Source: Chiloscyllium plagiosum | Taxonomy: Eukaryota | Assembly (NCBI RefSeq): GCF_004010195.1 | Contig: NC_057720.1 | Span: 6,082,273-6,102,272 of the forward strand | DNA length: 20,000 nt | Direction: 5' to 3' | Shown: in pieces, positions 9,667-19,081 of the stretch | How positions within the stretch are numbered: position 1 is the first letter of the stretch | Layout of the letters: each line of letters starts with the position of its first letter | Program-made: the position numbers and the translations under genes | Notes under the pieces: generated by a model | Told to the model about the DNA's origin: nothing | The model's input: only the letters and a program-made list of their open reading frames with translations | Databases searched by the model: none

Positions 9667-9705
9667 AAAATCGACGTTTCGGGCAAAAGCCCTTCATCAG
9701 GAATA
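9667..9705 (-). ncRNA. Minimal type I hammerhead ribozyme motif, intact core
   Basis: The minus strand reads TATTC-CTGATGA-A-GGGC TTTT GCCC-GAAAC-GTC-GATT. Confidence 0.8.
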
Positions 9706-10122
9706 AAGGCAGTGAGCCTGAAGCGTGCAGAGATAAGCTAGGGGAGGGTGGGGGTAGGGAGAAAGTAGCATAGAGTACGGGGAAGGGGAAATGAGGAAGC
9801 TGTTGAAGTCCACATTGATGCCCTGGGGTTGAAGTGTTCCGAGGCGGAAGATGAGGGGTTCTTCCTCCAGGCGTCTGGTGGTGAGGGAGCGGCGGTGAAG
9901 GAGGCCCAGGACCTCCATGTCCTCGGCAGAGTGGGAGGGGGAGTTAAAATGTTGGGCCACGGGGTGGTTTGGTTCATTGGTGTGGGTGTCTCGGAGATGT
10001 TCCCTAAAGCGCTCTGCTAGGAGGTGCGCAGTCTCCCCAATGTAGAGGAGACTGCATCGGGAGCAACGGATACAATAAATGATATTAGTGGATGTGCAGG
10101 TAAAACTTTGATGGATGTGGAA
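9697..10122 (-). pseudogene. PLE GIY-YIG endonuclease C-terminal fragment
   Basis: FTCTSTNIIYCIRCSRCSLLYIGET...RFREH...PVAQHFN...RRLEE...LGTLQPQGIN contains IY/YIG, CxxC, and the conserved R, H, E and N residues. The RT part is absent. Confidence 0.92.
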
Positions 10123-10169
10123 CCTACAAGCTCTGATGTGAGGCAATATCACTTTGGATCATTAGATGG

Positions 10170-10698
10170 CAGTCTTATCCGTGATCCAGAATGTCATGCT
10201 CCAATTCTGGAATCCACATTAAAGGAGGACGAATGTGGTTGCTCTAGAGGCGGTGCTGAGGTGGTTTACCAGGATGTTGTCCTGGGCTGGAGAGCTTCAG
10301 AGATGAAGAGAGATTGGGCACACTGGGGGAACATGATTGAGATGGAGAAAGTTTTGAGGGGCATTGAGAAAGTAGAAAGAAAGAAACCTTTTCCCGAGAT
10401 GGAAGGATCAATGTCCAGGGGGTATAGATTTAAGGTAAGAAGGCAGAAGATATAGAGGTGGACATGATGGAAAACATTTTCACCCAGAGGTGTTGGAAAT
10501 CTGGAACCCACTGCCTATAAGGGTGGGAGAGGCAGAAACACTCATCATATCAACAGAGTATTTAGATGTGCATTGGTGATGCAAGTCATACAAGGCCAAT
10601 GCTGGAAAATGGGGACAAAATAGTTAGGTAGTTGTTTTTAGCTGGCATGGATACAATGGGCTGAAGGGCCTTCACTATGCTTTGATCTCTATGACTCT
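10170..10698 (+). mobile_element. Older CR1 LINE 3' end
   Basis: CAATTCTGG (QFW), MSRGYRFKVR and TTTTCACCCAGAGGTG motifs, with the tail CTCTATGACTCT. Confidence 0.85.
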
Positions 10699-10802
10699 GC
10701 GAAGATTAGTGGATATAACCTAGGCCAGTTCTCTGGGACAGGAACAATGGAGTGTCAATGTATCAAAGAGAACATTCTTTGTACAGAGAAGTCCAACTTT
10801 TC

Positions 10803-11430
10803 CCTTTATTTATTCATTGATTGTAAGGTGGCAAGGTGCGAATTTATTGCCCATCCCTAGTAGTCCCTTGAGAAGGTGTTGGTGGGCTGCCTTCTTGAAC
10901 CAATGCAATCAATGTGCTGTAGGTAGACCCATGGTTCTGGCAGGGAAGGAGTTCCGGGATTTTGACCGAGTGACACTCAAGGAACAGGGGTATATTTCAG
11001 GGTGATGTGTGGCTTGGAGAGAAAATGACATAGTGGTGTTCCCATGCATCTGCTGCCCCTTATTCTTCCAGGTGGCAGACGGGGCAGGTTTTGAAGGTAC
11101 CGACCTAGAGATTAATTTCCAGTTCCTTAAGGGCTGGCAAACCATCTCTGTAAATATAAGACCCAAAAACTGAACAGATCCTCAATCATATTTGACTTAG
11201 CATTTCACACATGAGGAATCCAAATGAATGTTTGCCAAGCAATAGACTTTGCAAATGTAATTATGGAAATAAATCAAAGTAGGTTTCAATTTGTCTCTCA
11301 AGTGCCAAGGAGTGTTGGTGAATCACTGCAGTGTAACTTGTATACAGTGCACAGCTACCACTTTGTATTCATGATAAAGGGGTGAAACTGTCTGAATAAG
11401 TTGATAGGATACAATCAAAGTGGTTGCTTT
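10803..11430 (-). mobile_element. CR1/L2-superfamily LINE 3' end, split by the inverted copy at 11104-11304
   Basis: Begins TTTATTCATT...ATTTATTGCCCATCCCTA. The two flanks of the insert are collinear with the uninterrupted copy at about 430-560. Confidence 0.75.
11104..11304. repeat. Inverted duplication pair 3, left arm (inserted copy)
   Basis: Reverse complement of 13934-14148, with exact shared blocks AGAGACAAATTGA, TACTTTGATTTATTTCCA and TTGAGGATCTGTTCA. Confidence 0.9.
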
Positions 11431-11435
11431 ATTAA

Positions 11436-11920
11436 ATTTGATTTGATTTATTATTGTTGCATGTACCTTGGTACAGTGAAAAGTTTTGCTTTGCGTACTG
11501 AACAGGCAGATTACACCATACAAAGTGCCTTAGAACAGAATAAGGAATACAATGCTCTGGCTACAGAAAAGGTGCACAAACAGCAAGATCAACATTACAT
11601 TTAAAATTTGAGAAGTCCATTCAGAAATCTAATAACAGCGGGGAAGTAGCTGTTCTTGAATCTGTTGGTACACGTGTTTAAGCTTTTGTATCTTTTGCCC
11701 TATGGAAGAGGTTGCAAGAGATAATAACCGGGGTGGGAGGGGGCTATGATGATGTTGGCTGCCTTCCCAAGGCAGTGAGAAGTCACTGGATCGAAGGTTG
11801 ACCTCCGTGATGGACTGGGCTGTATTCACAACTCTCTGTCGTTTCTTACTGTCTTTAGCAGAGGAGTCGCTGTCCCAAGTTGTGATGTATCTGGATAGAA
11901 TGCTCTCTATGATGCATTGA
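11436..11920 (-). mobile_element. Rex1/Babar-type LINE 3' end
   Basis: Homologous to 5728-6345 (MNTAQSIT; AACAGATTCAAGAACAGCT), with an (ATTTG)n tail. Confidence 0.8.
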
Positions 11921-12011
11921 TGGTGTCTTGGTTAGTGCTGAGCTTTCGCAGTGATGCCCTTGGTGAGGCTGAGGCATTGTCGTAATGTACCAATCGAGAT
12001 CCTCAGACTAG

Positions 12012-12245
12012 ACACATAGAGCTGGAGTAGGCCAATTGGCCCTTTGAGCCTGGTCCATCATTCAATTTGATGGTGACTGCCCCTTCAACTCAATGCTATA
12101 TGTTTGCTTTATCTTCATATCCCTTGATCTCCTTAAAATCTAAAAACTTATCTTTCATTTTCCTGAATATAACCAGTGACTTGGCCTCCACAGCCTTCTG
12201 TGGTAGAGAATTCCTCAGCTTTGCTATCCTTTTTCTTCTCAGTCC
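12012..12245 (-). mobile_element. CR1 3' fragment
   Basis: GGAGTAGGCCAATTGGCCC...GCCTCCACAGCCTTCTGTGGTAGAGAATTCC. Confidence 0.8.
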
Positions 12246-12315
12246 GAACTGGATGTGGCAGGACTATGGAGCTTGGAACTGATCCATCAAACTTGGGATC
12301 ACTTAGCTCTGTCTA

Positions 12316-12761
12316 CCCGGAATAAAAAGCTAGTCTGAGCAATGGACCCATGAAGCTATCTCCAACTGTTGTAAAAACCCAGCTGATTTACTTATGTCTT
12401 TTTGGGGATTAACATCTGCCATCCTTAACATGGTCTATTTGTTCATGAGAGTGAATAATATTTTTATTATCTGAGCAATTAATAACCTGTAGGCCAGAAG
12501 CAGTGCAACAAATGATCAAATAAAGCCCCTTGGTGTGGGATATTTCACTTCCTGAGTGGGTATACAAACAGGATGTTGCAGCATTAATGTCCATTTTTAC
12601 AGCGCCTACATGTGACTCCAGACACACAGCAATGTAGTTGACACTTAGTTGCCTTCTGAAATAGTTTGAGCAAGCCATTCACATGACGGGAAATTGGGGG
12701 TGGGGAACAGATGCTCGCCTTGATGCCAATACCCACATTCTTTCAAAGGACAAAATAAAAA
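12316..12761 (+). mobile_element. SINE body and tail (tail related to the LINE at 10803), split by the inverted copy at 12433-12586
   Basis: AAAAGCTAGTCT...GTAAAAACCCA...CTGCCATCCTTAACATGGTCT | GCCTACATGTGACTCCAGAC...ATACCCACATTC..AAAATAAAA. The head may lie near 11965-12010. Confidence 0.65.
12433..12586. repeat. Inverted duplication pair 2, left arm (inserted copy)
   Basis: Reverse complement of 12926-13080, with 13 mismatches and 1 gap by manual alignment. The ORF track shows the same peptide (LYTHSGSEISH) on opposite strands. Confidence 0.97.
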
Positions 12762-12925
12762 TGGGCTTGTTGATTTGATTTGAACTGGCAGTGTTCTGGC
12801 TTAGCGGCAGAAACAGCACCTCACCAAATCACAATTCCTCCAACCTCATTGGCTGTAACATGCAGTCACTGTTACCGTAAAAGGCACTATAAAAATGCAA
12901 GTCTTCCTTTCTCTGATTGGTACCC

Positions 12926-13080
12926 TAATGCTGCAATATTCTGTTTGTATACCCACTCAGGAAGTGAAATATCCCATGCAAAGGGGCTTTATTTGATCGT
13001 TTGCTGCACTGCTTCTGTCCTGAAGGTTATTAATTGCTCAGATAATAAAAATATCATTCACTCCTGTTGAACAAATAGAC
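12926..13080. repeat. Inverted duplication pair 2, right arm (probable donor)
   Basis: Reverse complement of 12433-12586; it lies in sequence with no recognised repeat. Confidence 0.97.
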
Positions 13081-13933
13081 AATTTATTAAAAGGAAGCTT
13101 TGGACCAATTTAACCGCCTGCTTAACACATGCCATATTTTTTTAAAATTAAAATTTATTGGAAAACAGAGCAGTTCAGATAGGTCTAATGCATGCAGGAA
13201 TATATCAGTAAGATAATACAATCATAATTATTCTTGGATAAGTGAGGTTGGATCTCTGCAAAGATTAGATCTGCAATGTGCACACCATCAGCATATTAAC
13301 AGCCCGTGAGATGTATTGTTATCCCACTTTCTCCCTACTTACTGTGTGCGGCACTCACTGGTTCATGGCCAGCCGAGGACCTGGCTCTCAGTTTGTTTGA
13401 TTCCTTGAAGGGAATGTTACATTCAATCAAAAATCAGCTGTTATTTGATTGTTTATCGGCGTGCTGGCCAACATAGGATTCAAGTAAAGCACCCCTGAGG
13501 AAAACCTCTCCCAGCCACCTGCCTAACTTGGCGAGAGCGAACTTCCACTGAGCTTGTGCAATCTGTTTAATGCCCGCTTGCAAACCCAGAGGCACAGGCC
13601 AGCTTTTGAGACCAAGCTACAGCCATGACTGTGTTCTTTGCAAATATAAAGAGCCAAGCTGCAATGTAAACCTTCAGGAAATTAACGTAATCCTCATTAA
13701 AGGAGCTAATACCTTGAGGGATGGCCCACAGACAATGACCCAATACGTAACGGTGAGATGTTCATTTCCAATTTTCATTGAATTAACCGGAGTTTGGCAT
13801 GTTGAGTGGCCAAATTATTGCTGTGCATATGTGCTGCCATCTGTTAGAGTTGGTATCACTTGTACTTTAAGGCTCAGGTGGTGTTGGCTGTTTGCCTAGC
13901 ACTATCTGTCTAGTCAAGGAAAAAAACCAGCAA

Positions 13934-14148
13934 CACTTAAGAGACAAATTGACCCATACTTTGATTTATTTCCAGGAATAGATCTCATTCGCAAAGCCTA
14001 TTGTTTGGCAGCCATTCGTTCAGCATTTTCACGCATGAGAAATCCAAGTTAATATGCTTGAGGATCTGTTCATTCTTTGGGTTATTTGAGACTTTTTATT
14101 TGCAAGTAGGGTTGCCAACCTAAGAGGAACTGGAGATTAATCTCCAGG
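13934..14148. repeat. Inverted duplication pair 3, right arm (probable donor)
   Basis: Reverse complement of 11104-11304; it spans the junction between unique flank and the putative MITE at 14107. Confidence 0.9.
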
Positions 14149-14351
14149 ACACTTGCTGTGAACAACCAGAGAGAAAAATCATTGGGACGTGAACTAAATT
14201 GTACTTTTTCTCCATCTCTCTTTGAATGGTTTGGCTTAGTCATAGTGAAAATGTTGAAGACGGTGGGGGAGAAGGCTGTTTAATGGGGAGTTAGGAGTCA
14301 CCTGTAGAGTTTTGATTGTCTCTAAGGATACGATTCACTTTGGCAACGATC
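14107..14351. mobile_element. Degenerate non-autonomous DNA transposon (TAGGGTTGCCA-type TIR)
   Basis: TAGGGTTGCCAA at 14107-14118 and TTGGCAAC at 14340-14347, with an internal palindrome CTGGAGATTAATCTCCAG. Confidence 0.5.
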
Positions 14352-14427
14352 CTTTTGTGTGAAAGTTGCTGAGAGGGTGGAATTGACAGTGGAAGTGGTG
14401 ATTAAGCATCTAGGAATGCGCTGACTA

Positions 14428-14695
14428 ACAGCAACAACTATGCTTTTGTGGCATCTTTAACATAATGAAATGTTCCTCCCAGGCAGCTCACAGGAGCAAA
14501 AATACACACTGGGGCCACATCAGACGATGTTAGGACAGATGACCTGCTCAAAGGTTTGGTTTTAAGGAAGGCCTTAAAAGAGAAATGCGAGATCGTGAGG
14601 CAGAGAGGTTTAAAGAGCATTTGAACCTAGGAGGTTGAAATCATGATCACCAACACTGATATGATAAAAATTAGGGAGACTAATTAGAATGAAGA
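14428..14695 (-). mobile_element. L2 LINE 3' end (resumes at about 15435-15635)
   Basis: An AACAGCAACAAC tail, GGTTTTAAGGAAGGCCTTAAA and GAGGCAGAGAGGTTTA resemble the recalled reverse-strand L2 3' region. Confidence 0.55.
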
Positions 14696-14700
14696 AGTTG

Positions 14701-15050
14701 GGTGACCTGAGGGGTGACCTTATAAAGGTTTTTAAAATCATGAGGGTAGGGAGTTCAAAACTAGAAAGCATAAGTTTAAGGGGAGAGGGGGAAGATTTAA
14801 AAGGGACCTAAAGGGCAACCTTTTTCACGCAGAGAGTGGTACGTGTATGGAATGAGCTACCAAAGGAAGTGGTGGAGGCTGGTACAATTACAGCATTAAA
14901 GGCATCTGGATGGGTGTATGAATATGAAGGGTTTGGAGGGATATGGGCCGGGTGTTGGCAGATGGGACTACATTGGGTTGGGATATCTGGTCGGCGTGGG
15001 AGAGTTGGACCGAAGGGTCTGTTTCCATGCTGTACATCTCTACGACTCTG
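14701..15050 (+). mobile_element. Young CR1 3' end
   Basis: Highly similar to 8570-8855 and 17090-17366 (VRVWNELPKEVVEAGTI). Confidence 0.92.
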
Positions 15051-15051
15051 C

Positions 15052-15432
15052 ACATTCGGACTGTTCTCCTTGGAGTGAAGACAGCTGAGAGGAGATTTGA
15101 TGGAGGTTTTCAAAAGCATGAGGAGGACTGGATAGAGTAGATAGGGAGAAGCTGTTCCCGTTCTTAAAAGGAAGAACACGAGGGTCCAGATGTAAAGTGG
15201 TGTGCAGACAAAGCAAGAAATGTCAGAAAGTATTCTTTCACAAAGCAGGTAGTTCAGGTGGAATGCATGTGGTGGAGGCAGGTTCGATTAAGGCATTTGA
15301 GAGGGAATTGGATGATTATTTGGATAGAAATAATGGGCAAGGATAGAAGGTAAAGGCAGGAGATTGGCTATCGGTAATGATGCTTGTCAATAGGCTGATT
15401 GGCCTCCCTCACTGTTAAAAATTCTGTAATCC
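15052..15432 (+). mobile_element. Older CR1 3' end
   Basis: GLFSLE and CTGAGAGGAGATTTGATGGAGGT (LRGDLMEV) motifs, with the tail ATTCTGTAAT. Confidence 0.8.
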
Positions 15433-16104
15433 TGTGGGGAAGGATCAGATGGGTGCAGATATCTTTGAGAGGCCGTGGAACTGGAGGGGGTTACAGAGAT
15501 AGGGAAAGGTTTTGCCATAGAATGATTTGTGAACATTGGAAATATTTTCAAATAAACTATCACCTAATGTAAACCCTTGGCTGCAGAACAGGTGGGTGAA
15601 TGGGTTCCAGTGAAAGTCAGAATGTGGGCGACACAATAAATGTAGGAAATGTATGTGAGGTTCTTAAAATGACATGCAAAAATGACAAGATAAACTATTA
15701 AACAGAATATTAGTTGATGGATAAATATTGGCGTGACAATAATTCTTCTTAAATTCTTCATATTCAACAGCAGCTGGCTATGAAGCCCTGGAGAGTTAAT
15801 GGAAAATTGTTTTGTAAACCATTGTAGCAAGTTTAGAAAATGTAGAGATTGAAAGTATTTAGAGCAGTTCAGAAGAGATCTAACTACAGTCAGAAGCAGG
15901 TTTTAGTATCTCTCCCAGAAAAGTGTACTGGATGCAGAGGCACCTCAGTAGAAAGGTTCAAAATGTGAAAATTCCAAACCAGGAGTGTTTGGTTAGATAC
16001 CTGCAAGTTATTAAAAGCTGGGGAAGTCTAAGTGAGGATTTGTGAATGGAGACTCAGTAGTTTAGAGGACAGAAACTGGGGAGGATCATTTAGGTAGAGT
16101 TAAT

Positions 16105-16453
16105 ATAATCATGAAGGGTATAGATAAGGTAATATTAGGTGTCTTTTACTTAGGATGGAAGATTTCAAGGGGCACATTTTTAAGGTGAGAGAAGAAAATT
16201 TAAAATAGACATGGGGGAAAATATTTTTACACCACTGTGGAATGAACCTCCTGAAGAAGTGATGGATGCAGGTACAGTTACAATTTTTAAAAGACACTTG
16301 GATAAGTACATGAATAAGAAACGTTTGGAGGGAAATGGGCCAAGCACGGGCAAGCAGGACTATGTTAGTCTGGGATTATGTACGGCATGGATGGGTTGGA
16401 CTGAAGGGTTTGCTTCTGTGCTAAATGACTCATAACAGTACGATTCTATGATT
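16105..16453 (+). mobile_element. CR1 3' end with internal deletions
   Basis: LWNEPPEEVMDAGTVTIFKRHLDKYM, with the tail GATTCTATGATT. Confidence 0.9.
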
Positions 16454-16650
16454 TTATATTGAATGGTAATTTAAACCCTTTATAGGTTTTAAACAGTTTT
16501 GTTTTTATTCACTTTTTCTTTTGTGCAATAAACTTCTGTCCTGTTCTTAAAAAAACACTGCAGCTTCATGTGATTATGCTTCAGTAACTGACCACCACAA
16601 TAACTAACATGAAAGATACAAACAATCTTCTCAAAACTCACTAATACAAA

Positions 16651-17366
16651 CTAATGGTAAGGTCCTAGGGAGTGTTGCTGAACAAAAAGACCTTGGAGTG
16701 CAGGTTCAAAGCTCCTTGAAAGTGGAGTCGCAGGTAGTGAAGGATAGTGAAGAAGGCGTTTGGCATGCTTTCCTTTATTGGTCAGAGTATTGAGTACAGG
16801 AGTTGGGAGGTCATGTTGCGGCTGTACAGGACATTGGTTAGGCCACTGTTGGAATATTGCGTGCAATTCTGGTCTCCTTCTTATTGGAAAGATGTTGTGA
16901 AACTTGAAAGGGTTCAGAAAAGACTTACAAGGATGTTGCCAGGGTTGGAGGATTTGAGCTACAGGGAGAGGCTGAATAGGCTGGGGCTGTTTTCCCTGGA
17001 GCGTTGGAGGCTGAGGGGTGACCTTATAGAGGTTTACGAAATTATGAGGGGCATGGATAGGATAAATAGGCAGAGTCTTTTCCCTGGGGTGAGGGAGTCC
17101 AGAACTAGAGGGCATAGGTTTAGGATGAGAGGGGAAAGATATAAAAGAGACTTTCGGGGCAACTTTTTCACGCAGAGGGTGGTACGTGTATGGAATGAGC
17201 TGCCAGAGGATGTGGTGGAGGCTGGTACAATTGCAACATTTAAGAGGAATTTGGATGGGTATATGAATAGGAAGGGATTGGAGGGAAATGGGCCAGGTGC
17301 TGGCAGGTGGGACTAGATTGGGTTGGCATATGTGGGTCAGCATGGATGGGTTGGACCGAAGGGTCT
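16651..17366 (+). mobile_element. Young CR1 (HER1-like) 3' fragment with an open ORF2 C-terminus (16747-17316)
   Basis: LYRTLVRPLLEYCVQFWSP...LRGDLIEVY...TRGHRF...NFFTQRVVRVWNELP. Confidence 0.97.
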
Positions 17367-17504
17367 ATATGATCTATCAGGTCAGATTTCATTCTGGGAT
17401 CTGACTGATACAGTAGTTCCATAAGCTTGGATTCTGAATTTAATCAGAATATCAGGAAGCACTGTTTAGTTTGGCTTTGAAATGATACAAGCTATCATTC
17501 ATAT

Positions 17505-17690
17505 CTATCTGTGATATCAGACAAGGCTACAGTTTAACATTTCATATGAAAGACTGCTCCTCTAACAGTGCTGTCCTCCCTCAGTGTTACACAGGAGTGG
17601 GGAGAGTTTATACTCAAGTCTCTAAAACAGATTTGAGCCCACAGCCTTCTGATGCAGAGCTGAGAACTCAAGCCTCAGAGAATACTTCAC
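17505..17690 (-). mobile_element. Deu-domain SINE (SacSINE1/AmnSINE1-like) fragment
   Basis: GTTTAACATTTCATATGAAAGACTGCTCCTCTAACAGTGCTGTCCTCCCTCAGTG...TTGAGCCCACAGCCTTCTGA matches the recalled Deu core and head in reverse. Confidence 0.65.
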
Positions 17691-17904
17691 AGCTTAATTC
17701 ATGTTCAGTCTTGATAAGGAATGGGTCCTTCACATTCATTTAAGTAAAGCCTTTGCTGCATATTCTTTAACAGTAATCTGGAAATATGATTCGGTCTAAT
17801 ACTTTTCTGGGATGTGGAAAGAGCTTGGACTCATACGTCTGCAGGGCATTATCAGAAACACTTTAAAGCTGTTTCCTCAATGTGGTCCATGAACCCAGGG
17901 TGTC

Positions 17905-18125
17905 AATGTGTGTGTGATTATGAGATTGCGTCAATATATCTGTTTATGCATATATGTGTGTATGTGAGTGTTTGCCTGTGTAATGTTTTATCTGTTTGCA
18001 TGCTTATGTGCGTATGTCTGTATATTTGTGTGTTTCCGTGGGCTGCTTATGTGAGAGTGTTTGTGTGTTTGCGTGTATATGTGTGGATGCATATAACTCT
18101 CTATGTGTGTGGCTATCTGTGTTTG
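17905..18125. repeat. Degenerate (TG)n low-complexity tract
   Basis: About 220 bp of interrupted TG/TA dinucleotides. Confidence 0.9.
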
Positions 18126-18134
18126 AGGGTGACT

Positions 18135-18299
18135 CAGTGCTGCCTCAGTGCCAGAGACCTGGGTTTGATTCCAGCCTTGGGTGACTGTGGAGTTTGCACC
18201 TTCTCCCAGTGTCTGCGTGGACTTCCTCTAGCTGCTTTGGTTTCCATCCACAGTCCAGAGATGTGCAGGTTAGGGTGGATTGACCACGAGAAATTGCCC
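18135..18299 (+). mobile_element. HE1-type V-SINE fragment (truncated at both ends)
   Basis: GGGTTTGATTCC B box, GTGGAGTTTGCAC...GATGTGCAGGTTAGG...AAATTGCCC. Confidence 0.85.
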
Positions 18300-18949
18300 A
18301 GTTTTTGTCCAATATGTGCAGGATGTTTTCCTGAAACAGTATGTAAACAGGCTGACAAGGGGTGGGGCTACATTGGATTTAGTACTGGGCAATGAACCCG
18401 GACAGATGTTAGATTTGGAGGTAGGTGAGCACTTTGGTGATAGTGAGCACAATTCGGTGATGTTTACTTTAGTGATGGAAAGGGATAGGTATATGTTGCA
18501 GGGCAAGAGTTGTTGCTCGGGGAAAGACAATTATGATGATTAGGCAAGATTTAGGATGCATAGGATGGGGAAGGGAACTGCAGGGGTTGGGCACAATTGA
18601 AATGTGGAGCTATTCAAGGAACAGCGACTGCAAGTCCTTGATAAGTATGTACCTGTCAGACGGGGAGGAAGTGGTCGGGTTAAGAACTGTGATTTACTAA
18701 AGAAGTTGAATCTCTTGTCAAGAGGAAGAAGGCTTATGTTAGGATGAGATGTGAAGGCTCAGTTAAGGTGCTTGAGAGTTATAAGTTAGCCAGGAAAGAC
18801 CTAAAGAGAGAGCTAAGAAGAGCCAGGAGGGGACATAAGAAGTCTCTGGCAGGTAGGATCAAGAAAAAGCCCTAAGGCTTTCTAGAGGTATGTCAGCAAT
18901 AGAAGAATGACTAGAGTAAGAAGACAGAGGGTGGTGGTTGATGGGAAAT

Positions 18950-19046
18950 GAGGCAAGATTAGAGTGGTGCTGGAAAAGCACAGCAAGTCAGGCAGCATCT
19001 GAGGAGCAGGAAAATCGAAATTTCGGGCAGGAGCCCCTCATCAGGA
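18950..19046 (-). mobile_element. Mini PLE insertion with a hammerhead motif; 9-bp TSD
   Basis: ATGGGAAAT occurs at 18941-18949 and 19047-19055. The minus strand reads ATTC-CTGATGA-GGGGC TCCT GCCC-GAAAT-TTC-GATT. Confidence 0.88.
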
Positions 19047-19081
19047 ATGGGAAATATTCATCCTGGAGTTCAGTTACGAGT

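Larger units (their letters stand above)
9612..10125 (-). mobile_element. 5'-truncated Penelope-like element: GIY-YIG domain plus 3' pseudo-LTR
   Basis: A GIY-YIG coding fragment directly followed by the HHR-bearing repeat found in multiple copies in this window. Confidence 0.92.
15640..17440 (+). mobile_element. Possible solo LTR interrupted by two CR1 insertions
   Basis: TGTAGG start and AATAAA near 16527. Non-CR1 sequence resumes at 17367 (ATATGATCTATCAGG...). No TSD was identified. Confidence 0.3.

Noticed and set aside
12409..13070. Two ORFs on opposite strands encoding near-identical peptides (apparent paralogues or a sense/antisense pair)
   Set aside because: Explained by the DNA inverted duplication. 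Similarity stops at the arm ends, no domain is recognisable, and one ORF starts within a SINE.
13570..13899. 109-aa ORF in the repeat-poor island
   Set aside because: No recognisable domain, and the length is compatible with chance.
16651..17343. 230-aa minus-strand ORF (longest in the track)
   Set aside because: It is an antisense shadow of CR1 ORF2, and the same peptide recurs antisense to the 8315-8641 copy.
17814..18395. 193-aa Cys/Val-rich ORF
   Set aside because: It is a read-through of the (TG)n tract, the HE1 SINE and CR1.
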